This document shows, in pieces, positions 46,916 to 57,163 of a stretch of 64,000 nucleotides of DNA. Both the position numbers and the translations under genes were made by a program. Every line of letters starts with the position of its first letter. Position 1 is the first letter of the stretch. Below the pieces are notes generated by a model. The model saw nothing but the letters and a program-made list of their open reading frames with translations, was not told where the DNA came from and searched no databases. Source of the DNA: an uncultured delta proteobacterium (GTDB lineage Bacteria > Myxococcota > Myxococcia > Myxococcales > Anaeromyxobacteraceae); the NCBI GenBank assembly GCA_963845515.1, contig CAWJSR010000002.1, positions 128,001-192,000 on the forward strand, read 5' to 3'.

Positions 46916-48202
46916 ATGGCCGTCACCATCGCCGTCTACGCCGATTGGGACGGGCTGCCCGCCCCGCTTCGCCTGGGCTTGCTGCACGCTCGCCCAGGCG
47001 CCGGACGCGAGCTCTTCGAGTTCGAATTCGACGCGGCTGCGCTCGCCCACCCGGCGGTGGCGAGCCTGAGCCTCGACCCACGGCTTGGACTCTTCGAGGG
47101 GCTTCAGCATCCTGCGCAGGGCACCGAGACGTTCGGCGTCTTCGCCGACGCCAGCCCCGACCGCTGGGGGCGGATGCTGATGCGCCGCCGGCTGGAGCGC
47201 GCGCAGCGCGCTGGGCACCTGGGCAAGGCGGTCCGCCTTCACGAGTCCGACTACCTGCTGGGCGTGCATGACGCCTTCCGCGTCGGCGCGCTGCGCTTCC
47301 GGCTCGATGACGCCGGCGCCTTTCTGGACGACCAGCATGGCGCGGCGGCACCGCCGTTCGTGCAGCTACGGGAGCTGGAGGCAGCGAGCCTCGCGCTGGA
47401 GCGGGACGAAGACAACACTGCCGCCGCTGGCGACGAATGGCTGCGCCTGCTGATCGCACCCGGTGGTTCGCTCGGCGGGGCGCGCCCGAAGGCCAGCGTG
47501 GTCGACCCCAACGAGCACCTGTGGATCGCCAAGTTTCCGAGCCCTCGGGACGAGCACGACGTGGGAGCGTGGGAGCTGGTGGTGCACACGCTGGCCCGCG
47601 GCTGCGGACTGCGAGTGCCCGAAGGCCTTGCGCGCCGCTTCGCGAGCCGGCGTCACACCTTCCTCGTGAAGCGCTTCGACCGCACGCCTGCCGGTCGTCG
47701 GCTGCACTTCGCGTCTGCGATGACACTCACCGGCCGTCGGGATGGCGACGACGCGTCGACGGGGGCGAGCTATCTGGAGCTCGCTCGCGTGCTGATCGAA
47801 CACGGCGCGCGGACCGACGCGGATCTGCGCGAGCTCTGGTCGCGCATCGTGTTCAACCTGCTCGTGTCCAACACCGACGACCACCTGCGCAACCACGGGT
47901 TCATCTTCGTGCCCGGCAAGGGTTGGCGCCTGTCCGAGGCGTACGACATGAACCCCGTGCCCGAGTCCCACGGCCTGAGGCTGAACATCAGCGAAGACGA
48001 CAACGCCATGGAGCTCGAGCTGGCCCGCTCGGTCGCGCCGTACTTCCGCGTCGCCGCGAGCACCGCGAACGAGGTCATCGCGAGCGGCCAGTCGGTCGTG
48101 AGCAGGTGGCGCGAGCTCGCCGACCGGCTTGGCGTTCCAGCGCGAGAGCAGGAGCGCATGAGCTCGGCATTCCGGCTCGCTCTTGGGACCACCTCTACCT
48201 GA
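46916..48202 (+). CDS. hipA: HipA-family serine/threonine kinase toxin
   Basis: DASPDRWG; GSLGGARPK; KRFDR; NTDDHLRNHG; AYDMNP. Confidence 0.9.
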   Translation: MAVTIAVYADWDGLPAPLRLGLLHARPGAGRELFEFEFDAAALAHPAVASLSLDPRLGLFEGLQHPAQGTETFGVFADASPDRWGRMLMRRRLERAQRAGHLGKAVRLHESDYLLGVHDAFRVGALRFRLDDAGAFLDDQHGAAAPPFVQLRELEAASLALERDEDNTAAAGDEWLRLLIAPGGSLGGARPKASVVDPNEHLWIAKFPSPRDEHDVGAWELVVHTLARGCGLRVPEGLARRFASRRHTFLVKRFDRTPAGRRLHFASAMTLTGRRDGDDASTGASYLELARVLIEHGARTDADLRELWSRIVFNLLVSNTDDHLRNHGFIFVPGKGWRLSEAYDMNPVPESHGLRLNISEDDNAMELELARSVAPYFRVAASTANEVIASGQSVVSRWRELADRLGVPAREQERMSSAFRLALGTTST

Positions 48203-48220
48203 TGCCCGCACAACATGCGA

Positions 48221-48251
48221 AGGGGCCCCGGGTCGAAGACCCGGAGCCCCT
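48221..48251. terminator. Hairpin between convergent hipA and lipoprotein genes
   Basis: AGGGGC-CCCGGGTC-gaa-GACCCGGA-GCCCCT. Confidence 0.55.
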
Positions 48252-48273
48252 CGTTGATCGAGCGTCAGAACGG

Positions 48274-49143
48274 TCAGGGCACCCAGGTGCCTGCCGGTGG
48301 CGTCGCGCAATAGGACTGAGCGTCCGGCGCCGTCCAGCTCGCGGTGTAGTAGTACTCGTCGAGGTAACCGCCGGGGATCGTGATGCCGGTCATATCGTAG
48401 GTGCTCGAGTAGTGGCAGTGGCCGGAGACTGCACCGGCCGTCGAGCAGGTCCCGACAGCCGCGGTTCCGCCAGCCGAGGTGCACGACGACTGGAGGCTGC
48501 TGCTCTGGGTCGGGGTCATGACCCCCGTCACCTGATCGCAGATGATGCCGGACCAGAGGCAACGGATGGTCGTGGTCGCGCCACCGCCGGTGCAAGCGGT
48601 GGTGTTGAAGCTCAGGCAGTTGCCCGCGCACGCGAGCGTGCCGCCCGTGAAGCCCCGCGAGACGCAGGTCTGGCCGTCCAGGTTGGCGCCGTCGCAGACC
48701 TCGGCGCCAGAGACGGTGCCGTCACCGCACGTGGCCGTCGAGCCGCCGAGCCAGGTCCCGCCGATGGCGGTGCAGTCGCCGTCCGCGGTCGTCCCGTCCC
48801 AGGCGGCCGTGTAGTAGTAGCCCTGCATCGTCGCGCCCGGAACCGTCGTGCCGAGCAGCCCCGCCATCGCCCCGTTCGGGATGGCGCAGTAGCCGGTAAC
48901 GCTGTTCGCGGTCGAGCAGGTGCCGGACTGCGTGAAGGTCCCTCCGGAGTCCGTGCAGGCAGTCTGCATGGTCAGCAGGTCGGGCGCCGTGAACGTGCCG
49001 CCGGAGGCCACGAAGCAGGAGTCGGAGGTGAAGAGGCACGTCGGACCTGTCGCAGGACCGCCGCCACCACCGCCAGAGGAGCCGCCGCAGCCGGCCGCAA
49101 GGATGAGGATGGAGAAGGAGAAGGGAAGAAGGATTCTGCGCAT
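48274..49143 (-). CDS. Cysteine-rich lipoprotein with duplicated domain
   Basis: Lipobox LAAGC; two GTCST...G.C...YYYT..W...C...GTW repeats flanking CGDG...EVCDG...TC...G.LAC...C. Confidence 0.7.
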   Translation of the reverse strand: MRRILLPFSFSILILAAGCGGSSGGGGGGPATGPTCLFTSDSCFVASGGTFTAPDLLTMQTACTDSGGTFTQSGTCSTANSVTGYCAIPNGAMAGLLGTTVPGATMQGYYYTAAWDGTTADGDCTAIGGTWLGGSTATCGDGTVSGAEVCDGANLDGQTCVSRGFTGGTLACAGNCLSFNTTACTGGGATTTIRCLWSGIICDQVTGVMTPTQSSSLQSSCTSAGGTAAVGTCSTAGAVSGHCHYSSTYDMTGITIPGGYLDEYYYTASWTAPDAQSYCATPPAGTWVP

Positions 49144-49286
49144 GTAGCCCCCAAGAAGCGATTGGTGAGAGACGGAAGCCCAGCCTACCCAATCCGTGTC
49201 GACCCCATGAAGGTCGCCCTCCATGCGGGGCTGTAGGTCGATGGCCTACGAGGTGATGTCGCTGGTGTCCGCGAGCGAGTGGCGCC

Positions 49287-51914
49287 CTACCCGCGCGCTT
49301 CCTTGAACCACCTCGGACCGTAATGCTGCGCCAGCGCCGCGGCGCCGCCCATCTCTTCGCACAGCTCCCAGACCACGACGTCGCCCAGCCCCTTGAAGGC
49401 GGCGCGCCCGACGCGGCGGTACAGCTCTGCGAGCCGGCCGCCGCCCCCGAAGCAGGCGACGAGGTTGAGCGGGTCGGTTCCGTAGTACCAGCGAGCGCGG
49501 AGCTCCGCGGGGAGCGCATCGGGCGCGAGGTCCACGCGCCGCACGACGCGGGCGTCTGCGACCTCGGCCAGCCAGGACTGGAGGGACTCCTCCGAGACCG
49601 CGATGCCGCTGTTGTAGATGTCCCCGGCCGCGTCCCCCTCGACCCTGGCCGCGACCTCGAGCGCGGCGCGGACCGGCGCGGCGAGGTGGCGCATCGCCCC
49701 CTGTGGATCGCCCCCTGCGAACGCGCGGAGCGCGGCCGCCTCGGGGCCTGGCGGGATCGAGATGGCGAGCGGCTGGCCGATGAAGACTCGCCAGGCGTGG
49801 TCCATCGCCGGGGCGCCGCGGGCCTTGCGCTCCGCGGCCAGCTCCGCGTCGGCGCGCGCCCGGGCGGCGCCGTTCCTGGCCGTCCCGCGGGCCGACTCGT
49901 TGATCTTGTCGGCGATGGCCACGCGCTGACGGCCAAAGACCTCGTCGTCGATCGCCACGACCAGCGGAGCCGGCCCGAAGCTCACGAAGATCCCCGCGCT
50001 GATCGCCTCGCCGCGGGCGCGGGCGAGCGCCTTGTCGCGCTCCTCGGTCATCCTTGCCTCGTCGTCGTTGGCGCGGGCGAGCCGGTACTGCGCCGCCGCC
50101 AGCTGCGGAGACCCGGCCGCCGCGGCCGCCGCCGCGCCCCTCGCCTCGGCGATCGCGCGGGCCGCCGCCGCGAGGGGGGCCGCGTGCTCGCGCTCGATCG
50201 CCTCCAGCCGCTTCGCGAGCACCTCGCTGGAGATCTCCCGCTGCAGCCGGGCGGCGTAGGCCGCGAAGTGGCGCCGGACGTCGCGCGCCATCCCCACCAT
50301 CGTCTCGATCCGGCCGGAGAAGCTGATGGCGTCGCCGATGAGGTTGTTGACCGTCACCCCGCCGCGGTCCGAGAGGTGGCTCGCGCCGCCGAAGTGCTCC
50401 TTCGCCAGGGCGAGGATGGGGACGAAGAACTCCCGTCGCAGCAGCTCCGCCATGGACGCCTGCCCGAGGAGCGAGGTGCGCCGCGTGAAGTCCTTGATGT
50501 CGGCGAAGAGGTGCCCGACATCCCGCTCCACCGACGTGCACCGGATCGGGCCGGGCTGCGCCGAGATGCGGTAGAGCCTCCCGGCCTCCCACTCCACGTC
50601 GGCCCCACCCTCCGCCTCCTCGCCGGTCCGGAATGCCAGCGCCTTTCGGGCGGCGGAGACGTGTCTCTCGAGCGCGACATCGCAGAGGAGCGCAGCGGCG
50701 GCATACGCATACGCGGCCCTCGCCTCGTCGCGCCGGAGCCCGAACGGCGCAGCGGGCTCCCGCCCCCTCCAGCCCTTGAGCGCGCGGACCGCCTGCTCCA
50801 GCGCCGCGCCCACCTCGCCGCCGAGGCCGATCGAGGCGAGCTCGCCCGCGAGCTCCTTCCGAGCGCCGTCCTCGGCCAGGGCCGCCGCCAGTGACCCCGG
50901 GGCCGCGAGCCGCTCCTCGAGCCGGCCGACCGCGTCCACCTGCCCAGCCGCCTCCGCAGCGACGACGGCGCCTACCAGGAGCTCGCGGAGCCGCGCCACG
51001 GCGACCGCGCCCTCGGCGCGGCGAGCCAGCTCCTCCTCCGCCCCGAGCGCCGCGGCGAGGTCGCCCACCACCGCGTCGACGTCCGCGCCCGCGGCCAACC
51101 GCGCCGCCAGGTCGTCCGAGCGGGGGATTCCAGCCGTCAGCTCGCACCCGTAGAGGGTCGCGCCGCTGCCGAGGAAGCCGGCGCGCCCCCCCAGCAGCGC
51201 CCCCGGCGCGAGCGCCGCCTCGATCCGGAGCAGGAGGGGGTCGTCCGCCTTCCGTCCCGCGTCCCGCCACGCCCGCGCGAGCCCGGTCCGCGCCGCGATC
51301 CAGAGCGCACCCTGCGCCGCTCCGCGGAGGTATCGATCGAGCGGAGGCCCGGGGAGGACGTCGCGCAGCTCCGGCTCGACGGCCTGCAGCTCGGCAGACA
51401 TGGCGAGCGCCACGAGGAGCGGCGTCTCCTCCTTGCCGCCGGTCTCGGACATCTCCTCGAAGGCCCGCTTCCAGAGCGCGATGAGCAGCGCCGCCAGGGC
51501 GTTGCCCTTCCCACCGCGACCGAGCCACGCGGTGGCGAGCCCGCCGGTGAGCGCAGGGTGGACCACCGTGGCCAGCTGGGCCGCTCCGCGGAGGTCCGGG
51601 CCGCCCGCTGACGGACCGTAGCGCGGCTCCACCGCCGGCAGGCGCGCGTAGCCCTCCCGGACGATGAGCCTGTCCCGCTCGTCCTCCGGCACGAACCGGT
51701 GGTGGGTGCCGAGGAGGAGCGCGATCTCCGCCGCCGCGGCCCGCACGATGGAGCGGGCGTCGGGAGCGATCCGGATGGGGACCGCGAAGTCGGCGAGCGA
51801 CGTGCCCAGGTGGAAGCGCACGGACTCCGGATCGATCCTGAGGAAGCCGGCGGGCTCCCTCCGCGCTGCGGCGTGGATCTCGAAGCGGCGGGCGGCGAGC
51901 GGTGATGGCACCAC
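49287..51914 (-). CDS. Large protein with C-terminal class III nucleotidyl cyclase-like domain
   Basis: LFADIKDFT; NLIGDAI; GIFVSFG; DKINESAR. Confidence 0.6.
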   Translation of the reverse strand: MVPSPLAARRFEIHAAARREPAGFLRIDPESVRFHLGTSLADFAVPIRIAPDARSIVRAAAAEIALLLGTHHRFVPEDERDRLIVREGYARLPAVEPRYGPSAGGPDLRGAAQLATVVHPALTGGLATAWLGRGGKGNALAALLIALWKRAFEEMSETGGKEETPLLVALAMSAELQAVEPELRDVLPGPPLDRYLRGAAQGALWIAARTGLARAWRDAGRKADDPLLLRIEAALAPGALLGGRAGFLGSGATLYGCELTAGIPRSDDLAARLAAGADVDAVVGDLAAALGAEEELARRAEGAVAVARLRELLVGAVVAAEAAGQVDAVGRLEERLAAPGSLAAALAEDGARKELAGELASIGLGGEVGAALEQAVRALKGWRGREPAAPFGLRRDEARAAYAYAAAALLCDVALERHVSAARKALAFRTGEEAEGGADVEWEAGRLYRISAQPGPIRCTSVERDVGHLFADIKDFTRRTSLLGQASMAELLRREFFVPILALAKEHFGGASHLSDRGGVTVNNLIGDAISFSGRIETMVGMARDVRRHFAAYAARLQREISSEVLAKRLEAIEREHAAPLAAAARAIAEARGAAAAAAAGSPQLAAAQYRLARANDDEARMTEERDKALARARGEAISAGIFVSFGPAPLVVAIDDEVFGRQRVAIADKINESARGTARNGAARARADAELAAERKARGAPAMDHAWRVFIGQPLAISIPPGPEAAALRAFAGGDPQGAMRHLAAPVRAALEVAARVEGDAAGDIYNSGIAVSEESLQSWLAEVADARVVRRVDLAPDALPAELRARWYYGTDPLNLVACFGGGGRLAELYRRVGRAAFKGLGDVVVWELCEEMGGAAALAQHYGPRWFKEARG

Positions 51915-52043
51915 CTCACATCATGCCGCCCGGGTGGCGGCGCGGGCAACCTGGCCCTCCCCCACCAACGGGTTGGAGTCGCTCCGAAAAACGGATACTG
52001 GCTTGCGATCCGTCGCCGTCGGCGGTAATCAATTTCGCTCCAA

Positions 52044-52439
52044 ATGCGCCGGTCCATCTTCAAGTCCAAGATCCATCGCGCCACCGTCACCCAGGCGGAC
52101 CTCGACTACGAGGGGTCCGTCACGATCGACGAGGGGCTGATGGAGGCCGCGAACATCTGGGACTACGAGCTGGTCCACATCTGGAACATCACCCGCGGGA
52201 CCCGGCTGCAGACCTATGCCATCCGCGGGGAGCGCGGCTCCGGGGTCATCTGCATCAACGGAGCCGCTGCGCACCTCATGAAGCCCAAGGACATGGTGAT
52301 CATCGCCACGTTCGCCGAGATGGATGAGGCCGAGGCGCGCGCATTCAAACCCACCGTGGTCCTGGTCGACGCCGAGAACAAGGCGGTCGACAAGGGCCTG
52401 GTCGAGATCCCGGGCCCAGCCCGTCGGGTGACTGCATGA
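52044..52439 (+). CDS. panD: Aspartate 1-decarboxylase
   Basis: [10 protein letters not shown]...YEGS cleavage site; INGAAAH. Confidence 0.95.
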   Translation: MRRSIFKSKIHRATVTQADLDYEGSVTIDEGLMEAANIWDYELVHIWNITRGTRLQTYAIRGERGSGVICINGAAAHLMKPKDMVIIATFAEMDEAEARAFKPTVVLVDAENKAVDKGLVEIPGPARRVTA

Positions 52440-52463
52440 CGGTGCTACTTTGGCTCGCCTGAA

Positions 52464-53954
52464 CTGACCTTCCAGCCCGATCTCCCGGCGTTCCTGAAGC
52501 TCTGCAAGCCTGGCCGCGCCGTCCCGGTCCGCGTCGAGATCGACGCCGACACCGAGACGCCGGTCTCCGCGTTCCTGAAGATCTCGCGCGGAGAGCGCCA
52601 CGCGTTCCTGCTCGAGTCGGTCGAGGGCGGGGAGCGCAGCGCGCGCTTCACCTTCCTCGGCGCCGGTCCGCGCCACGTCGTGCAGTGGAAGCACGGCGAT
52701 CCGGGCGATCCGATCGACGCGATCCGCGGGCTGCTCTCGAGCCACGCGACCGTGCGCGTGCCCGGCACGCCGCCCTTCTCCGGCGGGCTGGTCGGGCACG
52801 TCGCGTGGGACGCCGTCCGGCGGTTCGAGCCGCGAGTGCCCATCGCCAAGGCGGACGAGCTCGGCTTCCCTGACGTCCTCCTGGGCGACTATGACGAGGT
52901 CGTGGCGTTCGACAACCGGCGCCACTCCCTGCACCTGGTCTGCGAGGTGCGCTGCGGGCCGAAGGACGATCCGAGGGCGCTCTACGCGAAGGCGGTCCGC
53001 AGGCTCCAGGCGCGGCTGCGGCTGCTGCGGCGCCCCCTCGTCGATCGGCGCCACCGCCCGTCGAACGGGGCGGCGCGGCTCGTCCCGCGCGTCGGTCGGC
53101 GCGAGTTCGAGGCCGCCGTGGCGCGCGCCAAGGAGTACATCACCGCCGGCGACTGCCAGCAGATCGTCCTCTCGCAGCGCTTCGACGCGAAGACGAGGCT
53201 GCCGCCCTTCGAGATCTACCGGGCCCTGCGCCGGGTGAACCCGTCGCCCTACCTCTTCTACGTCCAGGACGGGGACCGGGCGCTCGTGGGCTCCTCGCCG
53301 GAGACGCTGATCAAGCTGGCCGACGGCGAGGTGACGCTCCGTCCCATCGCCGGCACGCGCAAGCGCGGCGTCGACGCCGCGGAGGACGCGCAGCTCGAGG
53401 CAGAGCTGCGCGCCGACCCGAAGGAGAACGCCGAGCACGTGATGCTGGTGGATCTCGGCCGCAACGACGTGGGGCGCGTCTCGGCCGTCGGCTCCGTGGC
53501 GGTCACCGCCTTCAAGACGGTGGAGCGCTACTCCCACGTGATGCACCTGGTCTCGGAGGTGCGCGGCAAGCTCGCGCCGGGGCTCGACGCCGTCGACGTG
53601 CTCCGGGGCGGCTTCCCGGCCGGGACCGTGAGCGGCTCCCCGAAGGTCCGGGCGATGGAGATCATCGACGAGCTGGAGCCCGCGCGGCGGGGGCCCTACG
53701 CGGGCGCCGTCGGCTACTTCGATCGCGGCGGCAACATGGACATGGCCATCGCCATCCGGACGCTGATGGCGAGCGCCGGCCGGATCTCGGTGCAGTCCGG
53801 CGCGGGCATCGTCTACGACTCCGACCCGGCGACCGAGTACGTGGAGACGGTCAACAAGGCGCGCGCCGTCTTCACCGCCGTCGCCCAGGCCGAGGCCCGC
53901 TCGCTCGACGCGGTCGCGCCGCTCCCCGCGACGCAGAACAGGAGGCGGCGATGA
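52464..53954 (+). CDS. trpE: Anthranilate synthase component I (start codon unresolved)
   Basis: Frame open from 52440 with [19 protein letters not shown] upstream of the called GTG 52680; [30 protein letters not shown]. Confidence 0.9.
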   Translation: MTFQPDLPAFLKLCKPGRAVPVRVEIDADTETPVSAFLKISRGERHAFLLESVEGGERSARFTFLGAGPRHVVQWKHGDPGDPIDAIRGLLSSHATVRVPGTPPFSGGLVGHVAWDAVRRFEPRVPIAKADELGFPDVLLGDYDEVVAFDNRRHSLHLVCEVRCGPKDDPRALYAKAVRRLQARLRLLRRPLVDRRHRPSNGAARLVPRVGRREFEAAVARAKEYITAGDCQQIVLSQRFDAKTRLPPFEIYRALRRVNPSPYLFYVQDGDRALVGSSPETLIKLADGEVTLRPIAGTRKRGVDAAEDAQLEAELRADPKENAEHVMLVDLGRNDVGRVSAVGSVAVTAFKTVERYSHVMHLVSEVRGKLAPGLDAVDVLRGGFPAGTVSGSPKVRAMEIIDELEPARRGPYAGAVGYFDRGGNMDMAIAIRTLMASAGRISVQSGAGIVYDSDPATEYVETVNKARAVFTAVAQAEARSLDAVAPLPATQNRRRR

Positions 53955-54586
53955 GCGCCACCTACGTCAAGGCGGGCGCGGGACCCGAGGTCAGGCGCGT
54001 CCTGCTGGTCGACAACTACGACTCGTTCACGTTCAACGTGGTGCAGTACCTCGGCGAGCTGGGGGCGCACGTCACGGTCTTCCGGAACGACGAGATCGAC
54101 GTCGCCGGCATCCGCGCCTTCCTGCCGGACGGGCTCGTCCTGTCGCCGGGCCCGTGCACGCCGGACGAGGCGGGCGTGACGCTCGCCGCCGTCCGCGAGC
54201 TCTCCGGCCAGCTGCCGATCCTGGGGGTCTGCCTCGGCCACCAGGCGATCGGCCAGGCCTTCGGCGCCAAGGTGGTCCGCAACGTGCGGATCGTCCACGG
54301 CAAGTCGAGCCCGGTACACCACGACGGCAAGGGGGTCTTCGCGGGGCTCCCCAACCCGTTCACGGCCGGCCGTTACCACTCGCTCGTCGTCGAGCGCGAG
54401 ACGCTCCCGGCGGTCCTGGAGGTCACGGCCTGGACCGACGAGGGTGAGATAATGGGGCTCCGGCACCGGACCCACGACGTCGAGGGCGTGCAGTTCCATC
54501 CCGAGTCGATCCTGACCGAGGCTGGGAAGCCCCTCCTCGGCAACTGGCTGGCCAGGCTCGGCGCGAACAGGAGAGGGACACGATGA
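53951..54586 (+). CDS. trpG: Anthranilate synthase component II
   Basis: DNYDSFT; SPGPCTP; GVCLGHQ; RYHSL; QFHPES. Confidence 0.95.
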   Translation: MSATYVKAGAGPEVRRVLLVDNYDSFTFNVVQYLGELGAHVTVFRNDEIDVAGIRAFLPDGLVLSPGPCTPDEAGVTLAAVRELSGQLPILGVCLGHQAIGQAFGAKVVRNVRIVHGKSSPVHHDGKGVFAGLPNPFTAGRYHSLVVERETLPAVLEVTAWTDEGEIMGLRHRTHDVEGVQFHPESILTEAGKPLLGNWLARLGANRRGTR

Positions 54587-55593
54587 TCCAGCAGGCGGTG
54601 GCGAAGCTGCTCGAGGGGCAGGGTCTCTCGCGGTCCGAGATGGCGCAGGTGATGACGGAGATCGTCGACACGGAGGCGACGCCCGCGCAGGTGGGCGCGC
54701 TCCTGGCCGGGCTTCGGCTGAAGGGCGAGTCCGTGGAGGAGATCGCCGGCGCCGCCGACGTGCTCCGCGCGCGGGTGGACCCGATCCGCGTGGACAGGGA
54801 GATCTTCGTCGACACCTGCGGCACCGGCGGCGACGGCCGCGCCACCTTCAACATCTCCACCACCGCGTCCTTCGTCGTGGCTGGCGCCGGCGTCACCGTC
54901 GCGAAGCACGGCAACCGCGCCGTCTCCTCCAAGTCGGGCTCCGCCGACGTCCTCGCCGCCCTCGGCGTCGACGTCGAGGCCGGCAAGGAGGTGGTCGAGC
55001 GCTGCATCTCCGAGGTCGGGATCGGCTTCCTCTTCGCGCCGCGGCTCCACCCCGCCTTCAAGGCGGTGGCCGGCATCCGGCGCGAGCTCGGCACGCGCAC
55101 GATCTTCAACCTCCTCGGCCCGCTCGCCAACCCCGCAGGCGCGCGCTACCAGGTGATGGGCGTCTACGAGCCCCGGTGGGTCCCGATCATCGGCGGGGTC
55201 CTCGCGGCGCTCGGCACCCTCCACTCCTTCGTCGTCCACGGCGAGGGGCTCGACGAGATCACCGTCACCGGGATGACGCACCTCTGCGAGGTGAAGGGCG
55301 GGGTGCTGGAGCGCTACTCCATCCTCCCGGAGGACATCGGGCTCGCACGCCACCCCGAGTCGGCCATCGTCGGCGGCGACGCCACGCTCAACGCCCGCAT
55401 CCTGCGCGACGTGCTCTCGGGCCAGAAGGGGGCGCCGCGCGACGCGACGCTCGCCAACGCCGCGGCGGCGCTGGTCGCGGCCGAGGCCGCCCCCGACCTG
55501 CGCGCCGGGGTCCGGATCGCGGCCGAGTCGATCGACAGGGGCGCGGCCGCGGAGAAGCTCGCGCGGCTGGTCAAGGCGACGGCGAAGGCCTGA
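54583..55593 (+). CDS. trpD: Anthranilate phosphoribosyltransferase
   Basis: [34 protein letters not shown]. Confidence 0.95.
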   Translation: MIQQAVAKLLEGQGLSRSEMAQVMTEIVDTEATPAQVGALLAGLRLKGESVEEIAGAADVLRARVDPIRVDREIFVDTCGTGGDGRATFNISTTASFVVAGAGVTVAKHGNRAVSSKSGSADVLAALGVDVEAGKEVVERCISEVGIGFLFAPRLHPAFKAVAGIRRELGTRTIFNLLGPLANPAGARYQVMGVYEPRWVPIIGGVLAALGTLHSFVVHGEGLDEITVTGMTHLCEVKGGVLERYSILPEDIGLARHPESAIVGGDATLNARILRDVLSGQKGAPRDATLANAAAALVAAEAAPDLRAGVRIAAESIDRGAAAEKLARLVKATAKA

Positions 55594-56385
55594 TGACGAT
55601 GCAGCCCGACTTCCTCGCGAAGATCATGGACCGAAAGGTGGACGAGGTGGCCGCGCGTCGCGCTGCCCTCCCGGACCGGGAGCTCGAGGCGCGCCTGAAG
55701 GACGCGGCGCCGCCGCTCGACTTCGAGGGGAGGCTCTCGCCGCGCGGCGGACCGGTGCGGATCATCGCCGAGGTCAAGCGCTCGAGCCCATCGGCCGGCC
55801 CGATCGACGCGGGGCTCGATGCTCCCGCGCAGGCGCGCCGGTACGCGGAGGCGGGCTGCGCCTGCATCTCCGTCCTCACCGACGGCCCCGGGTTCGGCGG
55901 TTCCCTCGACGACCTGGCGGCCGTCAGGAGTGCCGTGGCGGTCCCGCTGCTGCGAAAGGACTTCGTCCTCGACCGGTACCAGCTCCTCGAGGCGCGAGCC
56001 CACGGCGCGGACGCGGCGCTGCTCATCGTCGCGGCCATCTCCGCGGAGCTGCTCGGGCGGCTCCTCGACGACTGCCGCGCGCTCGGGCTCGCCGCGCTGG
56101 TCGAGACGCACGACGAGCGGGAGGCAGAGGCGGCGCTCCTGGCCGGCGCGACGATCGTCGGCGTCAACAACAGGAACCTTCGCACCTTCGCGGTGGACCT
56201 GGCGACGTCGGAGCGGGTGCTGCCGCTCCTCCCGGGCGGCGGTGAAGGGGGTCGCCGAGAGCGGCGTCCGGACGCCGGGCGATGCGCTGAGGCTGCGCAG
56301 GGCGGGGGCCGCCAACCTCCTCGTCGGCGAGGCGCTCGTGCGCGCGAAGGATCCGGGGCAGCTCTTGCGGGAGATGACGGCGTGA
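55593..56385 (+). CDS. trpC: Indole-3-glycerol phosphate synthase (frameshift ~56235)
   Basis: IAEVKRSSPS; SVLTD; LRKDF; GVNNRNL; shifted VAESG...LVGEAL. Confidence 0.9.
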
Positions 56386-56410
56386 GCGTGAGTGACGCCA
56401 AGGGAAAGCA

Positions 56411-56508
56411 CCTCTCCCCCGCCCCCGCGGGGGAGAGGCTGGGTGAGGGGGCTCTCCGCGGCAGCCTCCCCCTCATCCAGCTTCTCCCCCAATGGCTTGG
56501 GGGAGAAG
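56411..56508. repeat. Two inverted BoxC/REP-like elements inside the trp operon
   Basis: CCTCTCCCCCGC..GCGGGGGAGAGG-CTGGGTGAGGGG and CCCCTCATCCAG-CTTCTCCCCCAA..TTGGGGGAGAAG. Confidence 0.7.
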
Positions 56509-56539
56509 TGCATCGCCACGACCGCGAGGGGGCAGCCTG

Positions 56540-57163
56540 ATGGTCCGCGTGAAGATCTGCGGCATCACCCGGCTCGAGGACGCGCTCGCGGCCGCGCGGG
56601 CCGGCGCCGACGCCCTCGGCTTCAACTTCTGGCCGCGGTCGAAGCGGTACCTCGACCCGCGCGCCGCCGGCGAGATCATCGCGCACCTCCCGCCCTTCAT
56701 CGCGGCCGTCGGCGTCTTCGTCGACCCCACTCGCGAGGAGGCGCTCCGGGCGGCGGCGCTGTCGGGCGTGCACTGGCTGCAGCTCCACGGCGACGAGCCG
56801 CCCGAGCTCTGCGCCTCGCTGACGCTCCCCGTGATCAAGGGGATCCGCGTCCACGACCGCGCCTCGCTGGACGCCCTCGCCGAGTACGACGTCGCCGGCT
56901 TCCTGCTCGACACCGACACGCCTGGGTACGGTGGGAGCGGCACCACCTTCGACTGGACGCTCGCGGCCGAGGGCGCCCGCCGCGCGCCGATCGTCCTCGC
57001 CGGCGGCCTCACCCCCGAGAACGTCGCCGACGCGGTCAGGCAGGTCCGGCCGTGGGCGGTGGACGTCGCCAGCGGGGTCGAGAGCGCCCCCGGCGTGAAG
57101 GATCACGAGAAGACCGCGCGGTTCATCCGCGAGGCAAAGGGCCTGAAGGAGAAGAACCGATGA
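56540..57163 (+). CDS. trpF: Phosphoribosylanthranilate isomerase
   Basis: [31 protein letters not shown]. Confidence 0.95.
   Translation: MVRVKICGITRLEDALAAARAGADALGFNFWPRSKRYLDPRAAGEIIAHLPPFIAAVGVFVDPTREEALRAAALSGVHWLQLHGDEPPELCASLTLPVIKGIRVHDRASLDALAEYDVAGFLLDTDTPGYGGSGTTFDWTLAAEGARRAPIVLAGGLTPENVADAVRQVRPWAVDVASGVESAPGVKDHEKTARFIREAKGLKEKNR

Noticed and set aside
56220..56250. Programmed frameshifting in trpC (and in scoA, fadL, uup)
   Set aside because: No slippery sequences; indels are scattered across unrelated conserved genes, consistent with sequencing error.
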